NCBI GenBank assembly: GCA_036280455.1
Contig: DASUQS010000192.1
Span: 1 to 47,825, forward strand
DNA from: Acidimicrobiales bacterium
GTDB lineage: Bacteria; Actinomycetota; Acidimicrobiia; Acidimicrobiales; VFJN01
Length of the DNA stretch: 47,825 bases
Direction of reading: 5' to 3'
Below, piece after piece: positions 8,591 through 17,971 of this stretch (position 1 is its first letter; every line of letters begins with the position of its first letter). Made by a program: the position numbers and the translations under genes. The notes beneath the pieces are model-generated. The model searched no databases, had not been told where the DNA came from, and worked only from the letters and a program-made list of their open reading frames with translations.

Positions 8591-9040
8591 ATGCGCATGG
8601 ACGGTGACAACGCCGGCAGCGGGCCGATTGACGTGGTCATGCTGGCCTTTCCCGGGAGTCAGTTCAACGGGGCGATAGCCCCTGCCCTGCGCGACCTGGT
8701 GGTGCGCGGGCTCGTGCGGGTGGTGGACGTGTTGTTCGTCGCGAAGGATGACGATGGGACGGTGAGCTCGGTCGAGCTGGCCGGTCTCGACTCGGTCCTG
8801 CACCCCGCGTTCGTCGACGTTGACGGTCAGCTCGGTGGCGGGCTGCTCGACGCGGACGATGTCGAGGACGTGGCGGCCGGCATCGACCCCGGCAGCTCGG
8901 TGGCGGTGGTCGCGGTCGAGAACCTGTGGGCGGTGCCGTTCATCGAGGCGGTGCGGGACTCCGGTGGCGAGCTCGTCGACCAGTTCCGGGTGCCGTCCGA
9001 CGTCGTGGAAATGGTCCGCGAGGACGCGCACAGCGCGTGA
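8591..9040 (+). CDS. Uncharacterised conserved actinobacterial protein, paralog of 7982..8473 (possibly DUF6325-like; not verified)
   Basis: The C-terminal 149 aa of the 7850..9040 track ORF, from ATG 8591 (MRMDGDNAGSGPIDVV) with GGAG just upstream. See the paralog alignment under 7982..8473. Confidence 0.75.
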   Translation: MRMDGDNAGSGPIDVVMLAFPGSQFNGAIAPALRDLVVRGLVRVVDVLFVAKDDDGTVSSVELAGLDSVLHPAFVDVDGQLGGGLLDADDVEDVAAGIDPGSSVAVVAVENLWAVPFIEAVRDSGGELVDQFRVPSDVVEMVREDAHSA

Positions 9041-9050
9041 GGAGCAGACG

Positions 9051-9332
9051 ATGGGATTGATCCGTGGAATGGCCCGCACGGCGGTGGTCGCCGGCACGGC
9101 GACGGCAGTGTCCAACCGCGTGTCGCGCCGCCAGGCCGAGCGGTGGCAGCAGCAGGAGTACGAGCAGCAGGCCCCGTACGCGGCACCGCCCCCGCCCGCG
9201 CCCGCTGCCCCGGTGGGCGGTGGCGGCGGCGACATGACGGCTGAGCTCGAGCGGCTCGCCTCGCTGCGGAACCAGGGTGTCCTGACCGACGCCGAGTTCG
9301 CGGCCGCGAAGGCGAAGCTGCTCGGGATCTGA
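9051..9332 (+). CDS. SHOCT domain-containing small protein
   Basis: 93 aa from ATG 9051 (MGLIRGMARTAVVAGTATAV...), with a Pro/Gly-rich linker and the C-terminal motif ELERLASLRNQGVLTDAEFAAAKAKLLGI (SHOCT). GGAG lies 6 nt upstream of the start. Confidence 0.8.
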   Translation: MGLIRGMARTAVVAGTATAVSNRVSRRQAERWQQQEYEQQAPYAAPPPPAPAAPVGGGGGDMTAELERLASLRNQGVLTDAEFAAAKAKLLGI

Positions 9333-9341
9333 GGGGCCCAC

Positions 9342-10343
9342 ATGCTGAACCTGCGCAACCGCAGCTTCCTGAAGGAGGTCGACTTCTCCCCCCGGGAGTT
9401 GCGCCACCTCCTGGAGCTCTCCGAGGCGGTCAAGACCGCGAAGTACGCCGGGACGGAGGTCGAGCGGCTCCGCGGCAAGGAGATCGCGCTGATCTTCGAG
9501 AAGACCTCGACCCGTACCCGATCGGCGTTCGAGGTCGCCGCATTCGACCAGGGCGCCCACGTCACCTACCTCGACCCGTCCGGGTCGCAGATGGGTCACA
9601 AGGAGTCGGTGGCCGACACCGCCAGGGTGCTGGGCCGGATGTTCGACGCGATCGAGTTCCGCGGGAACCACCAGTCCGACGTCGAGGAGCTGGCGGCCCA
9701 CGCCGGCGTCCCCGTCTACAACGGCCTCACCGACGAGTGGCACCCGACCCAGATGCTGGCCGACTTCCTGACCATGCACGAGGCCTCCGGCAAGCCCTAC
9801 GACGCCATGGCCTACGCGTTCGTCGGCGACTGCCGGTTCAACATGGGACGGTCTCTCCTGGTGATGGGGGCGCTCATGGGCGCGGACGTGCGCCTCGCCG
9901 GGCCCGCCTCGCTCGCGCCACCCGACGAGGTGGTGAAGATGGCCCGGGACATCGCCGAGGGCACCGGGGCGCGGGTGACGATCGGCGACGACGTCGGGGC
10001 CGCGGTCGCCGGAGCCGATTTCATCCACACCGACGTGTGGGTGTCGATGGGCGAACCCAAGGACGTGTGGGAGGAACGCGTTCGCCTGCTGAGCCCGTAC
10101 CAGGTGAACGCAGCGCTGCTGGAGAAGTCCGGCAACCCGCGCGCGAAGTTCATGCACTGCCTCCCGGCCTTCCACAGCCCCAACACGACGGTCGGTCGGG
10201 AGATGATGGAGCACACGGGCATGGCCGACGGGCTCGAGGTCACCGCCGAGGTGTTCGAGTCGACCGCGAGCATCGTGTTCGACCAGGCGGAGAACCGTCT
10301 GCACACCATCAAGGCGCTCCTCGTCGCCACGCTCGGGAGCTGA
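9342..10343 (+). CDS. arcB: Ornithine carbamoyltransferase (catabolic context)
   Basis: 333 aa with the carbamoyl-phosphate binding motif [24 protein letters not shown] and the HCLPAFH ornithine-binding motif. It is followed by carbamate kinase and arginine deiminase. Confidence 0.93.
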   Translation: MLNLRNRSFLKEVDFSPRELRHLLELSEAVKTAKYAGTEVERLRGKEIALIFEKTSTRTRSAFEVAAFDQGAHVTYLDPSGSQMGHKESVADTARVLGRMFDAIEFRGNHQSDVEELAAHAGVPVYNGLTDEWHPTQMLADFLTMHEASGKPYDAMAYAFVGDCRFNMGRSLLVMGALMGADVRLAGPASLAPPDEVVKMARDIAEGTGARVTIGDDVGAAVAGADFIHTDVWVSMGEPKDVWEERVRLLSPYQVNAALLEKSGNPRAKFMHCLPAFHSPNTTVGREMMEHTGMADGLEVTAEVFESTASIVFDQAENRLHTIKALLVATLGS

Positions 10344-10350
10344 GTGCGGC

Positions 10351-11286
10351 ATGCGCATCCTGGTCGCCCTCGGCGGCAACGCACTGCTCAAGCGGGGTGA
10401 GCCGATGACCGCCGAGGTCCAGCGCGCGAACGTCCGGACAGCGGCCCGGTCCCTCGCGCCGTTGGCCGCGAGCCATCAGCTCGTGCTGTCACACGGCAAC
10501 GGCCCGCAGGTCGGGCTGCTGGCCCTCCAGGCGGCGGCGTACACGGCGGTCGACCCCTACCCGCTCGACATGCTCGGTGCGCAGACCGAGGGGATGATCG
10601 GCTACCTGATCGAGCAGGAGCTCGGGAACCTGCTCCCGGCCGAGGTGCCGCTGGCCACCGTTCTCACGATGATCGAGGTCGACCCGCACGACCCTGGCTT
10701 CGCCGACCCCACCAAGTTCGTCGGCCCCATCTACGACGACGCCGAGGCCGAGAAGCTGATCGCTGCCAAGGGATGGGTGTTCAAGCGCGATGGTGAGCAC
10801 CTCCGGCGGGTCGTCCCGTCGCCGGCGCCCCAGCGGATCTTCGAGATCCGCCCCATCCGGTGGTTGCTCGACAAGGGCGTCCTCGTGATCTGCACCGGCG
10901 GAGGCGGCATCCCGACGACCTGGGTGCCGGGCGAGGACCGCACGCTCGCCGGCGTCGAGGCGGTGATCGACAAGGACCTCGCCAGCGAGCTGCTTGCCCG
11001 TGAGGTCGGCGCGGACCTGCTGGTGATGGCCACCGACGTCGACGGCGTCTATGACGGGTGGGGGACCGCGGACCAGCACCGGCTCGACCACGTCACGCCC
11101 GACGAGCTGCGCGCCCGGCCCTTCGCGGCCGGATCGATGGGGCCGAAGGTCGAGGCCGCCACCCGGTTCGTCGACGCGACGGGCAAGCGCGCCGCCATCG
11201 GGGCGCTGGACGAGATCGAGGAGATCGTGGAGGGCCGTGCCGGCACCACCGTGTCGCTCGCGGCGATGAGAGAGGACGTGCGATGA
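10351..11286 (+). CDS. arcC: Carbamate kinase
   Basis: 311 aa. The N-terminus [33 protein letters not shown] and MATDVDGVY are classic carbamate kinase (amino-acid kinase fold) motifs. Confidence 0.93.
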   Translation: MRILVALGGNALLKRGEPMTAEVQRANVRTAARSLAPLAASHQLVLSHGNGPQVGLLALQAAAYTAVDPYPLDMLGAQTEGMIGYLIEQELGNLLPAEVPLATVLTMIEVDPHDPGFADPTKFVGPIYDDAEAEKLIAAKGWVFKRDGEHLRRVVPSPAPQRIFEIRPIRWLLDKGVLVICTGGGGIPTTWVPGEDRTLAGVEAVIDKDLASELLAREVGADLLVMATDVDGVYDGWGTADQHRLDHVTPDELRARPFAAGSMGPKVEAATRFVDATGKRAAIGALDEIEEIVEGRAGTTVSLAAMREDVR

Positions 11287-12545
11287 CCCAGTTCGGGGTG
11301 CATTCGGAGGTCGGGCGGCTCCGCAAGGTGATGGTCCACCGCCCGGACCTGAGCCTGCGGCGCCTGACACCGTCGACCCACGACGACCTGCTGTTCGACG
11401 ATGTGCTCTGGGTCGAACGGGCCCAGCAGGAGCACGATGCGTTCGTGTCGCTCATGCGGTCCCGGGGGGTCGAGGTGCACCTGCTCTCGGACCTGCTCGC
11501 CGAGGCGCTGGCAGCCAGCGACGAGGGTCGTGACAGGCTCATCGAGCTGGTGGCGTCCGAGCACACGGTCGGGTGGTCGCTGGTCGACGACGTGCGGTCC
11601 CTCCTGTCGGAGATGAAGCCCGATCAGCTGGCCACGCACCTGATCGGCGGTCTGACGGTGGCAGAAGCCGACCTCGACGTGGCCGCCGCAGCCGGGAGGT
11701 CACTGATCGGTGCCGCCATGGACGACCCGGGCACGTTCGTGTTGCCGCCCCTGCCCAACACCCTGTTCACCCGCGACTCGTCGTGCTGGATCTACGGCGG
11801 GGTCACCGTCAACCCGATGTTCTGGCCGGCCCGCCGCCGTGAGGCGTACAACGTCGCCGCCATCTACCGGGCCCACCCGATGTTCGCCGAGGCCGAGTTC
11901 TCGTTCTGGTATCCGGCCGCGGGCGCCGACGGGCGGCTGGAGACGACGGACTTCGGGCTGGCGTCCCTCGAGGGTGGGGACGTGATGCCGATCGGCAACG
12001 GCACGGTCCTCATCGGGATGAGCGAACGGTCCCAGGCCCGGATGATCGAGCAGGTGGCGAAGGCCCTGTTCGCCGCCGGGGCCGCGGAACGGGTCATCGC
12101 CTGCGTGATGACCAAGGACCGGGCCCACATGCACCTCGACACGGTGTTCACGCTGCTCGACCACGACAAGGCCACGGCGTACCCCGCCGTCGTCCCGAAC
12201 ATCCGGGCGATCAGCCTGCGCCCCGGAGGGCCCGAGGGTGGGTTCCACGTCACCGTCGAGGACGACTTCGCCTCGGCGGTCGCCGATGCGCTCGGGGTTC
12301 CGAAGCTCCACATCGTGGAGACCGGCGGCGACCGGTACCAGCAGGAGCGCGAGCAGTGGGACGACGGCAACAACGTCGTCGCGCTGGAGCCCGGCGTGGT
12401 CGTCGCCTACGAGCGCAACACGTACACCATCGCCAAGATGCGGGAGGCGGGCATCGAGGTGCTGGAGATCGAGGGGTTCGAGCTCGGCAAGGGCCGCGGC
12501 GGCGGGCACTGCATGACCTGCCCCCTCCTGCGAGATCCGGTGTAG
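11283..12545 (+). CDS. arcA: Arginine deiminase
   Basis: 420 aa from ATG 11283 (ATGA overlap with the arcC stop). Motifs: [48 protein letters not shown] and the C-terminal catalytic [12 protein letters not shown]. The track ORF 11058..12545 includes an upstream read-through. Confidence 0.93.
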   Translation: MTQFGVHSEVGRLRKVMVHRPDLSLRRLTPSTHDDLLFDDVLWVERAQQEHDAFVSLMRSRGVEVHLLSDLLAEALAASDEGRDRLIELVASEHTVGWSLVDDVRSLLSEMKPDQLATHLIGGLTVAEADLDVAAAAGRSLIGAAMDDPGTFVLPPLPNTLFTRDSSCWIYGGVTVNPMFWPARRREAYNVAAIYRAHPMFAEAEFSFWYPAAGADGRLETTDFGLASLEGGDVMPIGNGTVLIGMSERSQARMIEQVAKALFAAGAAERVIACVMTKDRAHMHLDTVFTLLDHDKATAYPAVVPNIRAISLRPGGPEGGFHVTVEDDFASAVADALGVPKLHIVETGGDRYQQEREQWDDGNNVVALEPGVVVAYERNTYTIAKMREAGIEVLEIEGFELGKGRGGGHCMTCPLLRDPV

Positions 12546-12548
12546 GCG

Positions 12549-12725
12549 ATGACGGACGAGCCGGGCTCTCGCTCCGGGGCCGGACGCTGGCTGCTTGTCG
12601 CGGTCGCGGCTCTCGCCATCGTCGCCCTCCTCGCCTGGGCCCGCAACGACCCGGGTGTCGGCGGCCGGGTCCCCGACCCCGAGGACGCTGCGGCGGTCGT
12701 CCAAGGAGGGAGCCATGTCGAGTGA
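12549..12725 (+). CDS. Possible 58-aa single-pass membrane peptide (below the ORF-track length cutoff)
   Basis: Hand translation from ATG 12549 gives MTDEPGSRSGAGRWLLVAVAALAIVALLAWARNDPGVGGRVPDPEDAAAVVQGGSHVE*. It has one clear TM helix and nearly all codons end in G/C. It starts 4 nt after the arcA stop and overlaps the transporter start (12715) by 11 nt. Confidence 0.4.
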   Translation: MTDEPGSRSGAGRWLLVAVAALAIVALLAWARNDPGVGGRVPDPEDAAAVVQGGSHVE

Positions 12726-14271
12726 CGTCGACGCCGGCGAGGTACCCGGTGGGTCCGAGGCCAGCGCCGAGGGCACACCCCCGGGGGACGGCGCCGGCGA
12801 CCACCGGAGCAGGTTCACGCTCCCGTCGGCCTACACGATCCTGTTCGGGCTGATCGTGATCACCGCGCTCGCCACCTGGATCATCCCGGCCGGGCGCTAC
12901 ACCCTCGACGCCGACGGCTCGCCCGTTCCCGGCACCTACGAGGAGGTGCCTTCCACCCCCTCGCGCATCGTGGTCGATTCGCTGGAGGCGCCGATCAACG
13001 GCCTCTACGGGATCGAGGACCCGGACACCGGCCAGGTCGACGTGTTCAACGGCGGCACGCTGTTCGGGGCGATCGACGTCGCGCTGTTCATCCTCGTGAT
13101 CGGCGGGTTCATCGCCATCACGATGCGGACCGGCGCCATACAGGCCGGGATCGCCCGGCTCGTGCGGCGCCTCGACGGACGCGAGCGGTGGTTGATCCCG
13201 ATCCTGATGACGGTGTTCGCGCTCGGGGGCACCACCTTCGGCATGGCCGAGGAGAGCCTGGCGTTCTACGTGTTGGTCATCACGGTGATGATCGCCGCCG
13301 GCTACGACGCCGCGGTGGGGGCGCTCGTCATCCTGCTCGGCGCCGGAATCGGGGTGCTCGGCTCGACCGTCAACCCGTTCGCCACGGGGATCGCGTCCGG
13401 CTTCGCCGACGTCCCGCTCAGCGAGGGCCTCGGGCTCCGACTCGTGCTGCTGGTCCTCAGCCTCGTCGTCGGCATCTGGTTCGTGCTCCGCTACGCGGAC
13501 CGGGTGCGGCGCGACCCGACTGCCTCCATCGTCTACGACATGAAGGAGGCCAACGAGCGCCAGTTCGCGGCCGGCCCGGACGGGGCCTCCGGCACCGCGG
13601 TGCTGATGACGGGCCGGCACAAGGTGATCCTGGCCCTGTTCGGCTGCGCGTTCCTCGTGATGATCTACGGGGTCATCCCCTGGGAGGACCTGAGCATCGG
13701 GCTGCCGACGTTGTGGTGGTGGTTCCCCGAGATGACGGCGTCGTTCCTGCTGTTCGCCATCCTCATCGGACTGGTCGGCCGCATGGGCGAGAGCGAGCTG
13801 ACCTCGACCTTCGTCGACGGCGCCCGCGACCTGCTCGGGGTCGCGCTGATCATCGGGATCGCGCGGGGCATCACGGTGGTGATGAACAACGGCCAGATCA
13901 CCGACACGGTGCTCCACTGGGCGGAGGAGGCGCTGGGCGACGTGGGCGAGGCAGGGTTCGCGGTCGTGATGTACGTGCTGTTCCTGCCGCTGTCGGTCCT
14001 CATCCCGTCGTCGTCGGGCCTGGCGACGGTGGCGATGCCGATCATGGCGCCTCTCGCCGACTTCGCGGGTGCGGACCGCAGCCTCGTGGTCACCGCATAC
14101 CAGAGCGCCTCGGGGCTGCTGAACATGGTGACGCCGACGTCCGCCGTGGTCATGGGCGGCCTGGCCATCGCCCGTGTCCCCTACGGCCGGTACCTCCGGT
14201 TCGTCTGGCCGCTGCTCGCCGTCCTCGCCACGCTCACCCTGGTGGTCCTCGCCCTCGGCGCGTATCTCTAG
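12715..14271 (+). CDS. YfcC-family (DcuC-superfamily) integral membrane transporter; candidate arginine/ornithine exchanger of the ADI operon
   Basis: 518 aa from ATG 12715, preceded by AAGGAGGGAGCC. Multi-TM protein; RFTLPSAYTILFGLIVITALATWIIPAGRY and GGTTFGMAEESLAFY resemble YfcC-type carriers. The substrate is inferred only from the operon context. Confidence 0.85.
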   Translation: MSSDVDAGEVPGGSEASAEGTPPGDGAGDHRSRFTLPSAYTILFGLIVITALATWIIPAGRYTLDADGSPVPGTYEEVPSTPSRIVVDSLEAPINGLYGIEDPDTGQVDVFNGGTLFGAIDVALFILVIGGFIAITMRTGAIQAGIARLVRRLDGRERWLIPILMTVFALGGTTFGMAEESLAFYVLVITVMIAAGYDAAVGALVILLGAGIGVLGSTVNPFATGIASGFADVPLSEGLGLRLVLLVLSLVVGIWFVLRYADRVRRDPTASIVYDMKEANERQFAAGPDGASGTAVLMTGRHKVILALFGCAFLVMIYGVIPWEDLSIGLPTLWWWFPEMTASFLLFAILIGLVGRMGESELTSTFVDGARDLLGVALIIGIARGITVVMNNGQITDTVLHWAEEALGDVGEAGFAVVMYVLFLPLSVLIPSSSGLATVAMPIMAPLADFAGADRSLVVTAYQSASGLLNMVTPTSAVVMGGLAIARVPYGRYLRFVWPLLAVLATLTLVVLALGAYL

Positions 14272-14321
14272 CTGGCACCGGTGCGGGCCCGCCGGCTGCC
14301 CGGACCACTACGGTTCACCCT

Positions 14322-15035
14322 GTGCGACCCGAGGTCGACGCCCGCACGGTCGAGCTGTGCGGTCTGCCGGGTGCCGGAAAGTCGCTGATCGCCAGCGGCG
14401 TCGCCGAGCGCCTCGGAGCCCGTGGACTCGACGTGACGTTGCCTCTGGCCGCAGTGGCCGCGACCCGGCCGCTCGGCCAGCGCGTCGGGGCGAAGGTATT
14501 GATCGCGTCGCGCGAAGTTGCTCGCGCCCCGGTCGAGTCAGCCCGCGTCGTGGCGGCCATCCGCCGCTCGGGCCAGTCGCGGCGCGACCTGCTCCACAGG
14601 GCGCTGAACTGGCTCGCGGTGCGCGGTTTGTACCGGCAGGCCCGGCGCCGCCCCGGGATACACGTGTTCGACCAGGGGATCGTTCAGGAGATCTGCTCGA
14701 TCGGCTACGACGGGGCCGACTGGCGCGCCTGCCTCCTCGCCTCGAGCCCTGGCGTCGCCGGACTGGGGCCGGACGTGCTGATCATCGTCGGCGCGTCGGT
14801 CGACACCGCGCTCGCCCGGTTGGATGTCCGCCCGGGGCGCCAGAGTCGTCTCGAACGACGGGACGCCGACGAGCGCCGGGCCGAGCTCGAACGCCAGGTC
14901 GGGCTGCTCGAGCAGGTCGAGTGCGCCTGGCTCGAACGCCACGGGCTCGAGCTCGGCACGCAGCGGATCGAGGTCGGCAACGAGGACGGGCGGCTCGCCG
15001 ACGCCGTCGGACTCGTCGTCGCCCACATCACCTGA
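14322..15035 (+). CDS. Small P-loop NTPase/kinase-like protein of unknown specificity
   Basis: 237 aa from GTG 14322, in frame with the tail of track ORF 13188..15035. Walker A is ELCGLPGAGKSLIASGV. The protein is the size of a small nucleotide or sugar kinase, and no other motif was recognised. Confidence 0.6.
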   Translation: MRPEVDARTVELCGLPGAGKSLIASGVAERLGARGLDVTLPLAAVAATRPLGQRVGAKVLIASREVARAPVESARVVAAIRRSGQSRRDLLHRALNWLAVRGLYRQARRRPGIHVFDQGIVQEICSIGYDGADWRACLLASSPGVAGLGPDVLIIVGASVDTALARLDVRPGRQSRLERRDADERRAELERQVGLLEQVECAWLERHGLELGTQRIEVGNEDGRLADAVGLVVAHIT

Positions 15036-15040
15036 GGAGT

Positions 15041-15058
15041 GCCGGGCGCCCGCCCGGC
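15041..15058 (+). terminator. GC-rich hairpin immediately after the P-loop gene stop (possible intrinsic terminator, no U-tract)
   Basis: GCCGGGCG-cc-CGCCCGGC is a perfect inverted repeat starting 6 nt after the TGA at 15033-15035. Confidence 0.25.
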
Positions 15059-15204
15059 GGAACGGCGCGCGCCGTCGAGGGGTTCCCCTTCCATGCCGGT
15101 TGCGCGACCATGAGAGCGCCGTCACCTCCCCGGCGGACTTCTGACGCGTGGCGGCGTGCCTCCTGCCTGAGGGCGGACACCGAGGCTTAGGAGAGGGGGC
15201 CGTC

Positions 15205-17766
15205 ATGGCCGTGACTCGCCAGGTCCTGTTCAGCGGTCGGATTGAGCACATGATCGTGCGCCGCAGGCGGTGCGGCGCTGCCGCTGGCGCCCTGGTCGTC
15301 GGTGCGGCATCCCTGGTGCTGCAGGTGGGCACGTCCGCCCCTCCCGCCCGTGCCCAGGCCCCGAACGACGCCGCCACGGCGCTGCGCACCACGTCACCAG
15401 CGGAGCTCGGGGTCGATGCGCTCGGCGGCGTGACCTTCGATCCGGCCGACCGGCGACTCGTGGTGTCGAGTCCTCGAGGCGACCAGGTGGCGTCGACGGA
15501 TGCCGCCGGCGACTCGTTCGCCGAGGCGCCGCTGCCCGGGCGGCCGGCACCGGCCACCATGACGGCCGACCCCGGCGCGGGACGCCTCACCGCGGTCGCC
15601 GAGGACGGCGTCGTGTCCGTCACGCGGGGCGGTGACGCGCGCGCGACGGCCCGTCCGTTGCGAAGCGATGTGGACGACGTCGTCGCTGCCGAGTCGGACC
15701 CCGCGACCGGGCGCTGGTTCTCGCTCGTCGACGGCGGGACCGCGATGGCGGTCTTCGCCGACGCCCCCGACGTGGCCCCCGAGCCGCCCCACGTCCTGTC
15801 CCTGCGCGGCGTCGGTCCCGGCGAGTTCCGCGCCATCGCCCCGAACCCCGTCGACGGCTTCGTGTACCTCCTCGCCGACCGTCTCTACGCCATCGACGGG
15901 ACGGGGACGCTGCGGCGCACGGTCGACCTCCGCGGTGCCGAGCTCAGGTCCCCGTCGGACATGGTCTTCGCGCCCTCCGCCGACACGACGGACGCGGCCG
16001 ATGTCCAGAGCCTCTACCTGGTCGATCGTGACGATGCCCCGGGCAGCACGCGCCTGGTCGAGGCCACGCTCGCGCCGGTGGCCATGGCGGCCGGCGCCGA
16101 GTCGACCCTCGTCGCCACCAGCAACCTGTCGACGCTCTCGCCACCGAGCCCCGACTCGTCGGGCGTCGCCTACATGCCCAGCCAGGACCGGCTCGTCGTG
16201 AGCGACGGCGAGGTCGACGAGATGACGATCTTCCAGGGCGCCAACCTGTTCCAGCTCACCCGCAGCGGGGTGCTGGCCGACACAGGCGTCACCACCGCCG
16301 TCAGCGACGAGCCCACCGGCGTCGCCTTCGACCCGGCCGCCAACGCGCTGTTCACGTCGGACGACGACGACGACGAGGTCTACCGGTTCGTGCCCGGTGC
16401 CGACGGTCGCCACGGGACCGGCGACGACAGCATCGGTTCGTTCGACACCCGGGTGTTCGGCGGCCGCGATGCCGAGGACCTCGCCTACGACCCCACCCGG
16501 GGCGACCTGTACCTGATCGATGGTGTGAACCGGGAGGTGTACCGGGTCCGGCCCAACGCCAACGGATTCGACGGGGTGCCGGCACGCGGCGGCGACGACA
16601 CCGTCACGCAGTTCGACGTGGGCCAGTACGGCGCGGTCGACCCCGAGGGCATCGCCTACGACGCCGCCAACGATCACCTCCTGGTCGTCGACGACAAGAC
16701 GCTGGCCGTGTACGAGCTGACGATCGGCGGTGAGCTCGTGCAGAAGATCGGCGCGGGCGCCGCGACACAGGCCCGGAAGCTGGCCGGGATCACGCTGGCA
16801 CCGGCCAGCAACGGCAGCGGGACCCGGAACCTGTTCATCGTCGACCGCGGCGTCGACAACGACTCGAACCCGGACGAGAACGACGGTCGGATGTACGAGA
16901 TGACGTTCCCCGGCGGGGGCGGTCCGCTGCCGAATCGGGCGCCGTCGGTGAACGCGGGGGTGGATCTGTCGACGGCCTTGCCGGCGGGGGTGAGCTTGGA
17001 CGGCACGGTGGTCGATGACGGGCTTCCCGCTCCGCCGGGGGCGGTGACCACGGCGTGGAGCGAAGTGAGCGGTCCGGGCGACGTGGCCTTCGCCAACGCT
17101 GCGGCGGTGGACACGACCGCGACGTTCTCGGCGGCCGGCACCTACGTGCTGCGGTTGTCGGCCGACGACTCGGCGCTGTCGGCCAGCGATGACGTGCTGG
17201 TGACGGTGGCGCCGGCGGGGAGCACCCTGAGTCTCGATGTCGGGTTGGCGGCGGCCAGCGACGACGCCGAGGAGGACACGGCCAACGGTGCGGTCGACCT
17301 GACCAGCAGTGACATCGAGCTGGTGGCCGAGGGTGCCCGGGTCCAGGTGGTCGGCTTGCGCTTTGCGGGGGTTGCCTTGCCGGACGGTGCGGTCGTGCAG
17401 AACGCCTGGGTGCAGTTCACCACGGACGAGACCGATGGCAGCGCGTCGTCGCTGGTCATCAGTGGTCAGGCGGCGGACGACGCGACCACCTTCAGCACCG
17501 CGATCGCCGATGTGTCGGCCCGGGCGCGCACGACCGCGTCAGCGGCCTGGTCGCCGCCGGCATGGGCCACCGTCGGTCAGGCAGGCGCCGGCCAGCGCAC
17601 GCCCAACCTGGCCGCGGTCGTGCAGCAGATCGTGGACCGTCCAGGCTGGGTCAGCGGCAACCCGCTGGCCTTCGTCATCACCGGGTCCGGGCGCCGCACC
17701 GCCGAAGCCTTCAACGCCGGCCCCGGCGCCGCCCCCCGTCTCCACATCGAGTACACGGTGCCCTGA
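15205..17766 (+). CDS. Large secreted protein: N-terminal signal/TM segment, beta-propeller-like repeat region, PKD/Ig-like domain and a C-terminal beta-sandwich-like domain
   Basis: 853 aa from ATG 15205 (GGAGAGGGGG upstream). Signal-like RRRRCGAAAGALVVGAASLVLQVGTSAPPARAQA. Recurring blade-like motifs LYLVDRDD / LYLIDGVNREVYRV / LFIVDRGVDND...MYEM. NRAPSVNAGVDLS...TTAWSEVSGPGDVAFANAAAVDTTATFSAAGTYVLRLSADD is a typical PKD-like module. Confidence 0.8.
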   Translation: MAVTRQVLFSGRIEHMIVRRRRCGAAAGALVVGAASLVLQVGTSAPPARAQAPNDAATALRTTSPAELGVDALGGVTFDPADRRLVVSSPRGDQVASTDAAGDSFAEAPLPGRPAPATMTADPGAGRLTAVAEDGVVSVTRGGDARATARPLRSDVDDVVAAESDPATGRWFSLVDGGTAMAVFADAPDVAPEPPHVLSLRGVGPGEFRAIAPNPVDGFVYLLADRLYAIDGTGTLRRTVDLRGAELRSPSDMVFAPSADTTDAADVQSLYLVDRDDAPGSTRLVEATLAPVAMAAGAESTLVATSNLSTLSPPSPDSSGVAYMPSQDRLVVSDGEVDEMTIFQGANLFQLTRSGVLADTGVTTAVSDEPTGVAFDPAANALFTSDDDDDEVYRFVPGADGRHGTGDDSIGSFDTRVFGGRDAEDLAYDPTRGDLYLIDGVNREVYRVRPNANGFDGVPARGGDDTVTQFDVGQYGAVDPEGIAYDAANDHLLVVDDKTLAVYELTIGGELVQKIGAGAATQARKLAGITLAPASNGSGTRNLFIVDRGVDNDSNPDENDGRMYEMTFPGGGGPLPNRAPSVNAGVDLSTALPAGVSLDGTVVDDGLPAPPGAVTTAWSEVSGPGDVAFANAAAVDTTATFSAAGTYVLRLSADDSALSASDDVLVTVAPAGSTLSLDVGLAAASDDAEEDTANGAVDLTSSDIELVAEGARVQVVGLRFAGVALPDGAVVQNAWVQFTTDETDGSASSLVISGQAADDATTFSTAIADVSARARTTASAAWSPPAWATVGQAGAGQRTPNLAAVVQQIVDRPGWVSGNPLAFVITGSGRRTAEAFNAGPGAAPRLHIEYTVP

Positions 17767-17971
17767 GCCCGGTCACGCGGAGGGCGACGCGCCGACCACG
17801 GAGGGGGTTCCGCATTCGCTCCCCGTGCGCGATGATCTCCGTACCTTCAACGTGTGGACTCCCTCTGTCCACGAGGACTTCGGGTGGGGTCGTGCGTCGA
17901 GGCGGGCAGGACTGACGCGATGCCTGCGAGTGCGCGGGCGCAGCGCGGCGACGACGACGGGATCGACCGCC

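Noticed and set aside
12250-13917. 555-aa minus-strand ORF; similarly 8519..9565, 8940..10391, 10489..11370, 11700..12818 and 14538..15836 (all minus)
   Set aside because: All are antisense to ADI-operon, transporter or secreted-protein genes that carry strong family motifs. None has a recognisable motif.
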